Shown here in pieces: positions 38,479 through 47,726 of a stretch of 64,000 bases of DNA (positions are counted from its first letter, which is position 1; each line of letters opens with the position of its first letter). This DNA comes from a virus. Under the pieces are notes generated by a model. The model did no database searches. It was not told where the DNA came from and saw nothing but the letters and a program-made list of their open reading frames with translations. The translations under genes and the position numbers were made by a program. The stretch covers positions 60,504 to 124,503 of IMG/VR virus record IMGVR_UViG_2716884766_000001; one strand, 5' to 3'.

Positions 38479-39214
38479 GATTCAATTTATTAATGAGATA
38501 AGATTTCACCAAACCAGATCGGATGATATCCTGTATCCCAAACTCTACCATTTCAAATTCATCCATACCTTGAATGATCTTCATGAAGTCTAGAATACCG
38601 TTCCTCTCGTTTGTTTTGACAAGATCAGTTTGTGCTGCGTCACCCGCAAAGATAATCTTTGTGTTGACACCTAATCTAGTTATAATACTATCTAACTCGT
38701 GGAAATTCAAGTTCTGTGATTCATCTACCAATACGATAGAGTTGTCCAGTGTTGTACCACGTAAGAAAGATGTAGACCAGAATGAGATAGTCTCTTGTGC
38801 TTTTAGATTAGCATATAGCATATCAAAGCTAGCATCATCAGGCATCTTAAACATATAACGTACCATGTTCTGATATGGTATCTGATATAGTTCTGCCTTG
38901 TCATCATGGTCACCAGGTAAGAATCCAATCTCTCTGGTAGGCACTAATGATCTGACAATATAAAGTTTATCATAAGATGATTGCTCGTTAAGGATCTCTT
39001 GTAGTGCTAGGTACATACCTATAAAGGTTTTTCCTGTACCCGCTGCTCCATATAGATAGAGATTCTTTTGCTTAGAGAACGCATCAAAAACTTTCTCCTG
39101 ACTTGGAGTCAGAGGTTTTATCTGAGTTAGATATCCTGAGTTGATGGGTTTGCGTTTCATTTGTCTTCTGGTCAATCCAACCATAGAAGGTTGTTTCTTT
39201 TCTTTAACTGGCAT
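38468..39214 (-). CDS. phoH: PhoH family ATPase
   Basis: GAAGTGKT, REIGFLPG, FLRGTT, DESQN, GD..QTDL, RSGLVK. Confidence 0.95.
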   Translation of the reverse strand: MPVKEKKQPSMVGLTRRQMKRKPINSGYLTQIKPLTPSQEKVFDAFSKQKNLYLYGAAGTGKTFIGMYLALQEILNEQSSYDKLYIVRSLVPTREIGFLPGDHDDKAELYQIPYQNMVRYMFKMPDDASFDMLYANLKAQETISFWSTSFLRGTTLDNSIVLVDESQNLNFHELDSIITRLGVNTKIIFAGDAAQTDLVKTNERNGILDFMKIIQGMDEFEMVEFGIQDIIRSGLVKSYLINKLNLGL

Positions 39215-39217
39215 AGA

Positions 39218-39457
39218 CTAAGGAGCCTCGAATTTAGCGTAAGGATGATGTTTTTTGACATTACGAAGTCGGTCTTTGAAACCATCAGGTAGCTTGTCCT
39301 GATAATCTCCAACTCCAGAGACTGCATCGCAGACTCCTGCGTTCCAATCTTTATCCCAGTCGGGATTGCTGTCTCTCCACTCTTCGTATTGAGCAAGAGT
39401 CATTTGGAGTTCTCTCATCTCTCCTGTTTTTAAGTTTTTAACTGGGTAAATTGCCAT
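39218..39457 (-). CDS. cyanophage hypothetical protein
   Basis: MAIYPVKNLKTGE...; TAATG-coupled to thyX. Confidence 0.75.
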   Translation of the reverse strand: MAIYPVKNLKTGEMRELQMTLAQYEEWRDSNPDWDKDWNAGVCDAVSGVGDYQDKLPDGFKDRLRNVKKHHPYAKFEAP

Positions 39458-40107
39458 TATGTTGTCCAATCAAGTGCTTCTGATACTGTAGGGAATTGTT
39501 TTATGAACACCTTACGACATGCTTCAGCAATGTCCATGTGTTCTTTTTGTGTCCCATGAGCACTTCTTAAATTTATATAGTGAACCCACGATCTACATGA
39601 TCCCGTCATATAGAGTTTAGTAGGAGTTGCTAACGGGAGTACAAATCTAGCACACTCTTTAGCGACACCTGACCGAATAAGTTCATTATATAAGTCTATT
39701 CCCTCAGCAAAATACTTTGCTATGACCTTTTGTAGTCTATCTCTCTCCTCTGGTTCTATATCATCTATACTGTTCTGTCTGTTCTTATCGTCCTGTCTTC
39801 TCAAGTCTGGTATGGGTATCTCACCCAATAGGTTAGTGTTAGCATATCGCTGACTAAACTCTTGAAACGTAAATGACCTGTGTCTCAATATCTGTGCTGC
39901 TAGACCTCTAGTGGTTGTAATCTCTAGTGTCATAGTTGCTTGCTCAAATACTGACCAGTGTTCATGCTGAATACAGTATTTAAGTAATCCTGCCACTTTA
40001 GGGTTTTCCTGATTATTGGGGTTGGATACTCTTGCGATGAACCCCATAGTCTTTTCAGCATCAGGAGTTATTGATATCAATTTGACTGGTGTCGGTCTCA
40101 GTTTCAT
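39457..40107 (-). CDS. thyX: flavin-dependent thymidylate synthase
   Basis: HWSVFE, QILRHRSFTFQEFSQRY, ECARFVLP. Confidence 0.95.
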   Translation of the reverse strand: MKLRPTPVKLISITPDAEKTMGFIARVSNPNNQENPKVAGLLKYCIQHEHWSVFEQATMTLEITTTRGLAAQILRHRSFTFQEFSQRYANTNLLGEIPIPDLRRQDDKNRQNSIDDIEPEERDRLQKVIAKYFAEGIDLYNELIRSGVAKECARFVLPLATPTKLYMTGSCRSWVHYINLRSAHGTQKEHMDIAEACRKVFIKQFPTVSEALDWTT

Positions 40108-40199
40108 TACGTTGGTTTGATGTATGTTGATAAAGTGCCTCGAAGATCTCGTCTGCTAAATCGTCGATATCCTCTGTTTCTGACTTGAAGTCAAACAAG

Positions 40200-40529
40200 T
40201 CATTTTTTCTTTTTTGTAGCTCCTTTATTTGATGCGTCAATGTATTTGTTGGCATCGAAGAGTTTTGCTGTGATTTGTCCACCTGTGTACTCTATACTTT
40301 TTAAACTGCCCTTACCGAGGGAGTCATAGTAACAATCAAAGATATTGACCTTAAGACCAATAATAATATCATGATGCTCGACTCCATCCGTCATGTAAGT
40401 GACGATATATGAATTACGAGGAAGTTTAGGATTGTCAGCGAGTTTCTTATCGCAATCAATCTCTAGAACGACTATACCATACTTATCTTGTTTTTCTGGT
40501 ACATCGTCATTCTTTGCCCAAACGGTCAT
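40200..40529 (-). CDS. hypothetical protein
   Basis: ORF track; ATGA coupling. Confidence 0.75.
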   Translation of the reverse strand: MTVWAKNDDVPEKQDKYGIVVLEIDCDKKLADNPKLPRNSYIVTYMTDGVEHHDIIIGLKVNIFDCYYDSLGKGSLKSIEYTGGQITAKLFDANKYIDASNKGATKKKK

Positions 40530-40996
40530 CCTCTATTGCCCCACTCAATTTGAGGGAAAGCTTCAGCAACAACTGCTTTGGTCACTCTATACTTAGATTG
40601 AAGATTCTTGTTACAGGCAAGAACGAATAAATCTGCTTCATCTTCCTGTAGACCTTCTAGGAGTTGTATAAACAACTTCTCTCTATGCATTGATGTTAGA
40701 GTCTCATCACCACCTTTAAAAAAGCGATAAAACCCCTTATATTCATGATCTAGTCGAGTATGCTCAGTTCCTGCGGGTGCTTCATTTCTTTTAAATGGTA
40801 CATCACCCTCTGGAAGAGAGAATTTCAAAGATTCATCAAAATTGATGATTAGGACTGATCTGAGTCCATTGTTGTTGTATTGTTGTAATAATGCTATCTT
40901 CTCTTTCTTTGTTTTAGCGGAAGAGACCTGTTGTATAATTTCAGTCAACAACGCATCATTTGGTAATTTTTTTGCCATAATAATGTTACCTATCAA
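40526..40996 (-). CDS. conserved T4-like phage hypothetical protein
   Basis: LPEGDVP, RE.LFIQLLEGL...EA motif. Confidence 0.8.
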   Translation of the reverse strand: MIGNIIMAKKLPNDALLTEIIQQVSSAKTKKEKIALLQQYNNNGLRSVLIINFDESLKFSLPEGDVPFKRNEAPAGTEHTRLDHEYKGFYRFFKGGDETLTSMHREKLFIQLLEGLQEDEADLFVLACNKNLQSKYRVTKAVVAEAFPQIEWGNRG

Positions 40997-41008
40997 GTCA
41001 GTATACTA

Positions 41009-41260
41009 CTAATCCTCATCTTCGTCAAGTAGTAGGTCATCATCCATGAATTTAACTGCTAGCAGTTCTTCATTTACATATGATCCATTACCATCCAAAA
41101 ACTCAGGATGTAGGTTATCTAGTTGACGCTTATATGTGTTTTGGTCAACGGTACCTCTATATATCCATCCTATTATACCGCCCAATCCAAAGGCGAATAT
41201 GGTGCTAACACTAGCAACCCAGATCATTAAGTTAGTTTCCATGTCTCTCCGTGATGTCAA
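41009..41260 (-). CDS. membrane hypothetical protein
   Basis: TM helix followed by HPEFLD.NG motif. Confidence 0.7.
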   Translation of the reverse strand: MTSRRDMETNLMIWVASVSTIFAFGLGGIIGWIYRGTVDQNTYKRQLDNLHPEFLDGNGSYVNEELLAVKFMDDDLLLDEDED

Positions 41261-41435
41261 ATTTTATTCTTAATCGACACCTCCACTTAAAGAAAGGGAG
41301 GGTCAAATCAAAGTCGAAATTACTCTTCTTTACCCTCCTTGCTCTTGGGAGCATTAGCTCTATGCCTTTATTTAGCGATGGATTTTTTCCTCCTGCCTGG
41401 TCGGTGCTCCCACTCGTATCTTTTGGCATCATCAA
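41232..41435 (-). CDS. hypothetical protein (start uncertain)
   Basis: ORF track; LNKGIELMLPR motif. Confidence 0.5.
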   Translation of the reverse strand: MMMPKDTSGSTDQAGGKNPSLNKGIELMLPRARRVKKSNFDFDLTLPFFKWRCRLRIKFDITERHGN

Positions 41436-41733
41436 TAATTCCTCTCAAGTATTTTACAATTTTCCTCGCTTCTGGTTTGCTAAGGAAGTGGTACGCTTCA
41501 CGAAGTTGCGTATGTTCTGAATCTTTACCGCCCTTGATGTACTCCTCAAGGTCGTGTGCGGTGTCTTCTATCGCCTTAGCGGTAGTTGACTCCAAAAACT
41601 CTAATGTCGACTTCCTAGTCGCTTTAGAGTGGGTTAGGAGTGGGTATAGTTTGAACAGGAACCTCTTCTCCAGTATTGCTACGTCAAGTGCTCTTTCAGC
41701 AAGTTCGTAGACATCATCAATCTGTTTAGACAA
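41368..41733 (-). CDS. cyanophage hypothetical protein
   Basis: L.EYIKGG....QLREAY...KPEARKI motif; TTG start. Confidence 0.75.
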   Translation of the reverse strand: MSKQIDDVYELAERALDVAILEKRFLFKLYPLLTHSKATRKSTLEFLESTTAKAIEDTAHDLEEYIKGGKDSEHTQLREAYHFLSKPEARKIVKYLRGIIDDAKRYEWEHRPGRRKKSIAK

Positions 41734-41962
41734 AGTTGTGCTCTCTTAAGTATTTTACTGTGTCGGTACAACCACCGAGTTTTTTACCATTACATGTGAC
41801 TTGGGGAAATGTTGCCCCAGTGCCAAATTCCTCGTAAAACTCTTGTCGGTTGAAGTCCGTATCCAGATCATATACCACATATTGTAATTTGGCAAGCTCT
41901 AAGACTTGTTTGATGCGAGTGCAGAATGGGCACCCACCTTTTGAGTAGACAGTAAAGTTCAT
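41726..41962 (-). CDS. nrdC: glutaredoxin
   Basis: CPFC, TFPQV, GGCTD. Confidence 0.9.
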   Translation of the reverse strand: MNFTVYSKGGCPFCTRIKQVLELAKLQYVVYDLDTDFNRQEFYEEFGTGATFPQVTCNGKKLGGCTDTVKYLREHNFV

Positions 41963-42531
41963 TGAGGTACTTCGTAATTAAACCAACCAGTAGCTATATA
42001 TTTCTCTTCGATCTCAGATATCTGTCCTTTGTGAACATGTGTCCACGCAGCAGGCCAGATTGCTATTCTACCAACAATCGCTTCCATGGTAAACCCTTGC
42101 TCAAGGAACATTGTTCCTCCATCTGAGCAATTATTTAGAAATACGCTCCATGCCAAGGCACGTGTTGTTTGCGGATTCGGATAATTAGTGAAATTGGTCG
42201 TTTCATGATGCCACAACTTAAAACCGCCTTTTGGTTTATAGTGCTGTAGGTTGAAACTGTCGTGTAACGAAAATCGGTCAGTATGTTGTAAATTTTTATG
42301 TTCTTTCTCGTATTTCTCAAATGCCTTTACTAGGGCACTGTAGATAATCCTATGAGTCAAACTGGACTCTGAAAATCGCGTATATACGTCTGTAGAGTCC
42401 TTTAACTCAGGATCGACAAAACCATACCCTATCTGTCCCGCTTCTTTGTCGGGATGTTTGTTAAAATATTGAATTATGACATTACAATCATCAGCGGTCA
42501 AAATGTCATCATATATGCCGATAAAGTTCAT
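41959..42531 (-). CDS. 2OG-Fe(II) oxygenase (prolyl-hydroxylase-like)
   Basis: WHHE, GGT.F, WPAAWTHVHKG, KYIATGW. Confidence 0.85.
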   Translation of the reverse strand: MNFIGIYDDILTADDCNVIIQYFNKHPDKEAGQIGYGFVDPELKDSTDVYTRFSESSLTHRIIYSALVKAFEKYEKEHKNLQHTDRFSLHDSFNLQHYKPKGGFKLWHHETTNFTNYPNPQTTRALAWSVFLNNCSDGGTMFLEQGFTMEAIVGRIAIWPAAWTHVHKGQISEIEEKYIATGWFNYEVPQ

Positions 42532-42759
42532 TTAGTCATCATATACTAGACACTCAGGTTCATCTGGGTGTAAATCACAAAATAGCTCTAGAGCATTTGG
42601 GTCGTGATGATCTCCTGCTTCGATCTCATCTTTGTGGTGTTCAGCGTACTCTTGTAACTCTACCAACTCAGTTTTAAAGTGTCTTCTAGCAGCACTAGAA
42701 ACTGTTGGATCGTTTACGTGGTCTAAGTCATACTGAATGTGTTCTTCGATAGTTTTCAT
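42532..42759 (-). CDS. cp12: Calvin cycle inhibitor CP12
   Basis: C-terminal LELFCDLHPDEPECLVYDD; GAGG RBS before MKTIEEHI. Confidence 0.92.
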   Translation of the reverse strand: MKTIEEHIQYDLDHVNDPTVSSAARRHFKTELVELQEYAEHHKDEIEAGDHHDPNALELFCDLHPDEPECLVYDD

Positions 42760-42790
42760 CTTTGTAACCTCGTGTACACTACTATTTATT

Positions 42791-42860
42791 GAAAAAACCC
42801 TGTGGGCAAAAAATACCCGAAATATTTTTTCCACTTTTCTGGGCACAGAAAGTCGGATTT
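42791..42860. repeat. ~70-bp A/T-tract intergenic element, copy 1
   Basis: Gap-free similarity to 52341-52410; core AAAAAATACCCGAAA..TTTTTTCCACTTTT. Confidence 0.8.
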
Positions 42861-42875
42861 CCCTCAGTATAGCAT

Positions 42876-42907
42876 AAAAAAAGACCCCCTGTAAATAGGA
42901 GGTCTTT
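42876..42907 (-). terminator. rho-independent terminator after psbA
   Basis: AAAGACCTCCT-loop-AGGGGGTCTTT followed by a U-tract. Confidence 0.8.
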
Positions 42908-42925
42908 GATCTCGAACAAATATAT

Positions 42926-44020
42926 TTATCCGATTGATGGAGCAGTTAATGCTACTTCTGTTGTCTCAGCAGATGCTAAGTCAAGTGGGAAGTTGTGAGC
43001 ATTACGCTCGTGCATTACTTCCATACCTAGGTTTGCTCTGTTTAGAACGTCTCCCCATGTAGGGATAACTTTACCATTAACATCAACAACTGATTGGTTG
43101 AAGTTAAATCCGTTCAAGTTGAATGCCATTGTACAGATACCCATAGAGGTTAACCATACACATACAACTGGGAACACTGCTAGGAAGAAGTGAAGACTTC
43201 TTGAGTTGTTGAAAGAAGCATACTGGAAGATAAGACGACCAAAGTAACCGTGTGCTGCTACTATGTTGTATGTTTCTTCTTCTTGTCCAAACTTGTAACC
43301 ATAGTTCTGTGACTCTTCTTCAGTTGTCTCTTTGATTAGAGATGAAGTAACTAAAGAACCGTGCATTGCTGAGAATAAAGATCCTCCGAACATACCTGCG
43401 ACACCTGCCATATGGAAGGGGTGCATAAGAATGTTATGCTCTGCTTGGAACACGAACATGAAGTTGAACGTACCTGAGATACCTAAAGGCATACCATCTG
43501 AGAAAGATCCCTGACCAAATGGGTACACTAGGAATACAGCAAAAGCTGCTGATACAGGTGCTGAATATGCTACACATATCCAAGGTCTCATACCTAATCT
43601 GTATGATAATTCCCATTGTCTTCCCATGTATGCTGAGATACCAATTAGGAAGTGGAAGATTACCAACTGGTAAGGACCACCATTATATAACCATTCGTCT
43701 ACAGTTGCTGCTTCCCAGATAGGGTAGAAGTGTAGACCGATAGCGTTTGAAGATGGAACTACAGCACCAGAGATGATGTTGTTACCATATAAGAAAGAAC
43801 CCGCTACTGGTTCTCTGATTCCGTCGATATCGACTGGAGGTGCTGCTATGAAAGCAACGATGAAACATGCTGCTGCTGCGAGTAAGCATGGAATCATGAT
43901 TACACCAAACCAACCAACATAAAGTCTGTTGTCTGTGGATGTAACCCACTCGCAGAATTCAGGCCACCCTGCTAGGAGACCACCGCTTCTACGTGCGGTT
44001 CTGTTTGAAAGAGTTGTCAT
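42926..44020 (-). CDS. psbA: photosystem II D1 protein (no intron)
   Basis: Full D1 sequence (NRLYVGWFG...[13 protein letters not shown]). Confidence 0.99.
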   Translation of the reverse strand: MTTLSNRTARRSGGLLAGWPEFCEWVTSTDNRLYVGWFGVIMIPCLLAAAACFIVAFIAAPPVDIDGIREPVAGSFLYGNNIISGAVVPSSNAIGLHFYPIWEAATVDEWLYNGGPYQLVIFHFLIGISAYMGRQWELSYRLGMRPWICVAYSAPVSAAFAVFLVYPFGQGSFSDGMPLGISGTFNFMFVFQAEHNILMHPFHMAGVAGMFGGSLFSAMHGSLVTSSLIKETTEEESQNYGYKFGQEEETYNIVAAHGYFGRLIFQYASFNNSRSLHFFLAVFPVVCVWLTSMGICTMAFNLNGFNFNQSVVDVNGKVIPTWGDVLNRANLGMEVMHERNAHNFPLDLASAETTEVALTAPSIG

Positions 44021-44195
44021 TAGTAAGACGTTTTAAGTAGGGCATCAAGGGTAGATGCGAAACTTATTTCCAGTAATCCCTCACTACTGGATATGAAAGA
44101 CGAAGTATTATACTGCCTATAGGTCTTGGTTTGAGAGCAGTTGGTAGTCAGGGTTACGATTGTTTCGAGTCCTTCCTAATGGTGAGGAAATCCTC
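44021..44195 (-). ncRNA. structured psbA 5' leader, probably PhotoRC-II-type RNA
   Basis: Hairpins (TCCAGTA/TACTGGA, GCATC/GATGC, GTGAGGA/TCCTCAC) between promoter and psbA; such leaders are described for cyanophage psbA. Confidence 0.5.
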
Positions 44196-44203
44196 ACTTC
44201 AGT

Positions 44204-44237
44204 TATTTATATTACGATATCTTTACACAAAAGTCAA
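44204..44237 (-). promoter_or_regulatory. overlapping early (TTGACT-N17-TAATAT) and late (TATAAATA) psbA promoters
   Basis: Both consensus elements read directly. Confidence 0.7.
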
Positions 44238-44250
44238 TCAGTATATATAC

Positions 44251-44367
44251 CTATTCTTCAAATTCTTCACCCATCGCCATCTTCATCATCACAACTGCGA
44301 CAGAAGTGATCACAACAGTTCCTGCTGTGATCTCTAAGAACATAGGGATGATGTGTGCTGCGTTCAT
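44251..44367 (-). CDS. 38-aa membrane peptide (MNAAHIIPMFLEITAGTVVITSVAVVMMKMAMGEEFEE)
   Basis: Manually translated; tight packing. Confidence 0.55.
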   Translation of the reverse strand: MNAAHIIPMFLEITAGTVVITSVAVVMMKMAMGEEFEE

Positions 44368-44368
44368 C

Positions 44369-44656
44369 TTACATACCCTGCCAGAATGTATCGCCCACTG
44401 GTTGTAAATTTCTTGATAGGAAGTATAATCCTAGGTTACATACGAACCAGTTAATATTAACAATCCATGTCTCTCTCCATAGGTACTTCCTATTTGTCTG
44501 TACGATATACATGTGTCTCTCGTTCAGTTCAGTTGAAGGTGTGAGTGGTCTGAACTTCAACCACTGCTCTAGTCCTAGTGCGATAACAAATCCAATAGCA
44601 TAGATGTAGAAGACAAAGTTAAGTAAACTTGATGCTGATAGTAGTAGTGGAATCAT
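44369..44656 (-). CDS. membrane hypothetical protein
   Basis: ORF track; two hydrophobic segments. Confidence 0.7.
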   Translation of the reverse strand: MIPLLLSASSLLNFVFYIYAIGFVIALGLEQWLKFRPLTPSTELNERHMYIVQTNRKYLWRETWIVNINWFVCNLGLYFLSRNLQPVGDTFWQGM

Positions 44657-45030
44657 CCGACCTCCTGTAATTTTTGTGCGACTGTTTGTTTTTGTATTGG
44701 TGCTACGTCATTTAATCCGTTAGCATCAAACCATGGTGCGGTCTCCCAGTCAAAACCATCACCGAATGTATTATCTGCCTCTGCTACGTACCAGTGACAT
44801 GCTGCGTCTGGTACATCTACAGCACACTTCTCCCAATCATCTGACCATTGTGGTACTTGAACCCAGATGACAGGTTCCTTATCCATAGCGTGTGTGATCT
44901 GTGGAAAAGCTAGAGACAACGATACGACAGATACTATTGCCCAAAAGAATGTGGGTATGTACCTGACGCTCATTGGTCTTTTATATACTTCCATGACATC
45001 GTGGTAAGATTGTGACATTAGATCGCTCAT
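44653..45030 (-). CDS. membrane-anchored/exported hypothetical protein
   Basis: ORF track; TM segment then CAVDVPDAACHWY. Confidence 0.7.
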   Translation of the reverse strand: MSDLMSQSYHDVMEVYKRPMSVRYIPTFFWAIVSVVSLSLAFPQITHAMDKEPVIWVQVPQWSDDWEKCAVDVPDAACHWYVAEADNTFGDGFDWETAPWFDANGLNDVAPIQKQTVAQKLQEVG

Positions 45031-45122
45031 ATTATTCCTAGTGATCCTGCTGCTGTCCCTACGACAACAAAAAATCCGAACTCAATTAATGAGTAGTACG
45101 GATTAAACATTAAGTTTTTCAT
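45027..45122 (-). CDS. 31-aa membrane peptide (MKNLMFNPYYSLIEFGFFVVVGTAAGSLGII)
   Basis: ATGA overlaps at both ends. Confidence 0.55.
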   Translation of the reverse strand: MKNLMFNPYYSLIEFGFFVVVGTAAGSLGII

Positions 45123-45193
45123 ACATATGCGATGCTACCTACACCTGTCACGATGTAAAGGGTAACGATTGTTGTGAATAGAATGTGATACAT
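45119..45193 (-). CDS. 24-aa membrane peptide (MYHILFTTIVTLYIVTGVGSIAYV)
   Basis: TAATG/ATGA couplings; GGAG RBS. Confidence 0.55.
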   Translation of the reverse strand: MYHILFTTIVTLYIVTGVGSIAYV

Positions 45194-45366
45194 TATGCTC
45201 CTTGGTATACTGGTGTCATTACTCCACCACCTTCATCGTCATCGTCATCGTCACCACTGATGGCACGAAGGAATAACTCAAGAAATACTATGGCACCTAC
45301 TGGATAGAGACACCATAGTATTGCTTGGAAGGGAGTGATAGCATTGTCTGCTACTAACTCGGTCAT
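45193..45366 (-). CDS. 57-aa membrane protein with poly-Asp tail (…DDDDDDEGGGVMTPVYQGA)
   Basis: TAATG coupling to hli; TM helix. Confidence 0.65.
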   Translation of the reverse strand: MTELVADNAITPFQAILWCLYPVGAIVFLELFLRAISGDDDDDDEGGGVMTPVYQGA

Positions 45367-45491
45367 TAGACGAAACCTGGTATGAGTTGTCCTGTTGTTA
45401 AATAAGCACCGATCCCTGCGATGATGCCTAGCATTGCTAATCTACCGTTAAGTTTCTCGGCAACGATCTTTTCCTTTTCGATATCTTTCAT
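45366..45491 (-). CDS. hli: high-light-inducible protein, 41 aa
   Basis: AEKLNGRLAMLG...TGQLIPGFV. Confidence 0.9.
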   Translation of the reverse strand: MKDIEKEKIVAEKLNGRLAMLGIIAGIGAYLTTGQLIPGFV

Positions 45492-45598
45492 TAGAATATA
45501 CCTGGAATGATTTGACCTGTTGTTACGTAAGCACCTACTGCTGCTACGAAGCCAAGCATTGCTGCCCAACCATTAAATCTTTCTGCTTCTGGAGTCAT
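45491..45598 (-). CDS. hli: high-light-inducible protein, 35 aa
   Basis: MTPEAERFNGWAAMLGFVAAVGAYVTTGQIIPGIF (manually translated). Confidence 0.92.
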   Translation of the reverse strand: MTPEAERFNGWAAMLGFVAAVGAYVTTGQIIPGIF

Positions 45599-45622
45599 TG
45601 TTTTTTACCTGTTAGAATTGTT

Positions 45623-45742
45623 TTAGAATAAACCTGGTGCTATCCATCCGAATAGACCGTAGTTGATAGTGCCGATCACTAGACCGAGCATTGCGAGACG
45701 ACCATTAAGTCTCTCTGCGTACTTCCAGTAATTATTTTCCAT
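45623..45742 (-). CDS. hli: high-light-inducible protein, 39 aa
   Basis: AERLNGRLAMLG. Confidence 0.9.
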   Translation of the reverse strand: MENNYWKYAERLNGRLAMLGLVIGTINYGLFGWIAPGLF

Positions 45743-45939
45743 TAGAAAATACCTGGTATGATTTGTCCTGTAGTGATGTAAGCACCGATGAGTGCCACAA
45801 AACCAACCATTGCCCAACGACCATTAACTTTCTCAGCATTCTGAGGGTAACCTTCGTAAGACACAGACTCATCAATGTAAGGACGTGTCTCGGATGGGAA
45901 CATGTTTTGTCTGCCACCTGATTCAGTTGTAGTTGTCAT
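45742..45939 (-). CDS. hli: high-light-inducible protein, 65 aa
   Basis: MTTTTESGGRQNMF...AEKVNGRWAMVG...TGQIIPGIF. Confidence 0.92.
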   Translation of the reverse strand: MTTTTESGGRQNMFPSETRPYIDESVSYEGYPQNAEKVNGRWAMVGFVALIGAYITTGQIIPGIF

Positions 45940-45948
45940 TGAAATTAG

Positions 45949-45999
45949 TTTGTAAAGAACTGTAACAATATTATATATACAAGTATTAAGTTTTGTCAA
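45949..45999 (-). promoter_or_regulatory. hli operon promoter TTGACA-N18-TATAAT followed by HLR1-like direct repeat GTTACAGT-TC-TTTACAAA
   Basis: Read directly; HLR1 consensus (G/T)TTACA(T/A)(T/A)-N2-repeat. Confidence 0.65.
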
Positions 46000-46106
46000 G
46001 TACCGTGTGCCAGTTGTGTGACAGTCTTACGATTTCTTTATGATTGCTATAGGTTTTGCTTATCAGTGTAAAGGTTTATATATAGTGCAAGGTAAATTAT
46101 ACCATC

Positions 46107-46601
46107 ATGAAGAAGTTTTTAATACTCGGTATGGTAGCAGGACTCGGTTCTCCTGCTTTTGCGGACGTAACACATAGAATGCAGTCCAGTGTACAGTTGC
46201 AGACTAACGCAGCAGCAACACAAGTCTCAAGAATCGGATCAACATATAGTGTGTCAGGTTCTGGCGTGTCTACAGACGTAGGTGGCGGTGGATCTGCTGA
46301 TCTAAACGTTGGTGGTCTAGGAACTCTAACTGATGGTGTAGGACAAGGTTCTATTGCTACTGCTACTCACACTGCAGGTACAGCGTTCTCATTCTCTCAA
46401 TCATTCATTGAAGGTGACGCTATACAAACTACTGCTCCAAGTTTAGGTGCGGTTAGTGCTTACTCAGATCAGACATCTACTGGTGTAGGTAGTGGAACTG
46501 GTACAGGTACAGTGACCTCAGCACATGCTGTAACAGCAGTTGGTGGAGGAAGTGGTACTCTAACTACAGGTCAGTTTGTAACTGAATTAACAATAGACTA
46601 G
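46107..46601 (+). CDS. secreted Gly/Ser/Thr-rich protein
   Basis: Signal peptide ending SPAFA-D; beta-rich. Confidence 0.75.
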   Translation: MKKFLILGMVAGLGSPAFADVTHRMQSSVQLQTNAAATQVSRIGSTYSVSGSGVSTDVGGGGSADLNVGGLGTLTDGVGQGSIATATHTAGTAFSFSQSFIEGDAIQTTAPSLGAVSAYSDQTSTGVGSGTGTGTVTSAHAVTAVGGGSGTLTTGQFVTELTID

Positions 46602-46608
46602 ATGGGCG

Positions 46609-47055
46609 ATGCGTATCAGACTTTTGTTATGTACGCTAGCCGTTGGGTGGGTTAGTCCTACCCTCGCTGTCCCCGTGGTGCCAAATTTTACACAGGGCAG
46701 TATGACTTCGGTGACAACCCAGACTGTCACTACAAATGAGACCATAAATAGTATGGATTATGCAACAGGCTGGACTTATTCGGTCAGTGGCTCAGGAGTA
46801 GAGGTAGAACAGGGTACAACAATATCACCTGACGTGACAACTACACAAACTAATACCAATAATGGTGTGACTTCAACATGGACTGGACTAGATTTATCAA
46901 CATCAAACAAACCAAATTGGAAGCAATCCGAAGCAGGTGCAGCGTTCCAATTCACAGAGCATTACAGTGGACCAGGTCTTCAGACTCACACGATAATACA
47001 GAGAGAAACCACCGTCCAAAGCGTCACAGAAAGCACAAGTATATTCTCAAACTGA
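46609..47055 (+). CDS. secreted Thr-rich protein
   Basis: Signal peptide ending PTLA-VPVVPNF. Confidence 0.75.
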   Translation: MRIRLLLCTLAVGWVSPTLAVPVVPNFTQGSMTSVTTQTVTTNETINSMDYATGWTYSVSGSGVEVEQGTTISPDVTTTQTNTNNGVTSTWTGLDLSTSNKPNWKQSEAGAAFQFTEHYSGPGLQTHTIIQRETTVQSVTESTSIFSN

Positions 47056-47726
47056 TCTTAGGATTATCACTCCTACCTACAGTACCTATTGCTAGGGCGA
47101 CTGATGTGGGTGGTGTATCAGCGACAGCAAATCCAGTCGCGAATAGTTCAGGCTCAGTTACCAACCAGGCAATACAAGTTTTACAAGGTCCGTACATCAC
47201 CAACACATATGGTGATGGTATTCAGTGTCAAGGGGCTACCATGAACCTTACTCCATATGTCACCAGAACAGGAACGTGGCAAGATCCTTACGAGGCTTGG
47301 TTCAACGATCCAGTCTACAACATGGCAGATAACAACGATGATAACATACCAGATAGCCCTGGTGAGATACTCTACTACGTTCCTACACGTACTGGGCAGA
47401 AGTCTACGCAGAATATAAACATAGGTCTATCAATGACCATCTCTATACCATTAGATAAGAAAGCAATGCAGCAGTGTAAAGAGTCTGTTGCCTTACATAA
47501 TGAGTATCGTACTCAGGTCATAGCAAATAAACGCCTTGACTTTGAGATAGCTAGGTTAAAAAATTGTGGACAGATGAAAAAGGAGGGCATAGTATTCCAT
47601 CCAAACTCACCATACTATAGTGTATGTGCTGACGTTATGTTAATCAATCCACCTGGTGTAGTAGGTGAACACAATCATTCTATTTCTTCAAAGGAGGTAG
47701 ACCTTTCGATTGGCGATATTGATTAG
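46878..47726 (+). CDS. exported hypothetical protein (true start probably later)
   Basis: Signal-like segment then GGVSATANP...QCQG...RLKNCG...CADV. Confidence 0.7.
   Translation: MDWTRFINIKQTKLEAIRSRCSVPIHRALQWTRSSDSHDNTERNHRPKRHRKHKYILKLILGLSLLPTVPIARATDVGGVSATANPVANSSGSVTNQAIQVLQGPYITNTYGDGIQCQGATMNLTPYVTRTGTWQDPYEAWFNDPVYNMADNNDDNIPDSPGEILYYVPTRTGQKSTQNINIGLSMTISIPLDKKAMQQCKESVALHNEYRTQVIANKRLDFEIARLKNCGQMKKEGIVFHPNSPYYSVCADVMLINPPGVVGEHNHSISSKEVDLSIGDID

Noticed and set aside
40061-40282. A AAA AAG heptamer at the end of 40200-40529 and an acidic downstream frame
   Set aside because: The -1 frame stops after about 17 codons; the acidic frame is +1 and has only a TTG start, so no coherent frameshift model
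44211-44228. Possible HLR1 site in the psbA promoter
   Set aside because: The TTAC half-sites are 11 nt apart rather than 10 and one half is degenerate
45234-45252. CATCGT tandem repeat
   Set aside because: Encodes the poly-Asp tract of the 57-aa protein; not a CRISPR or independent repeat element
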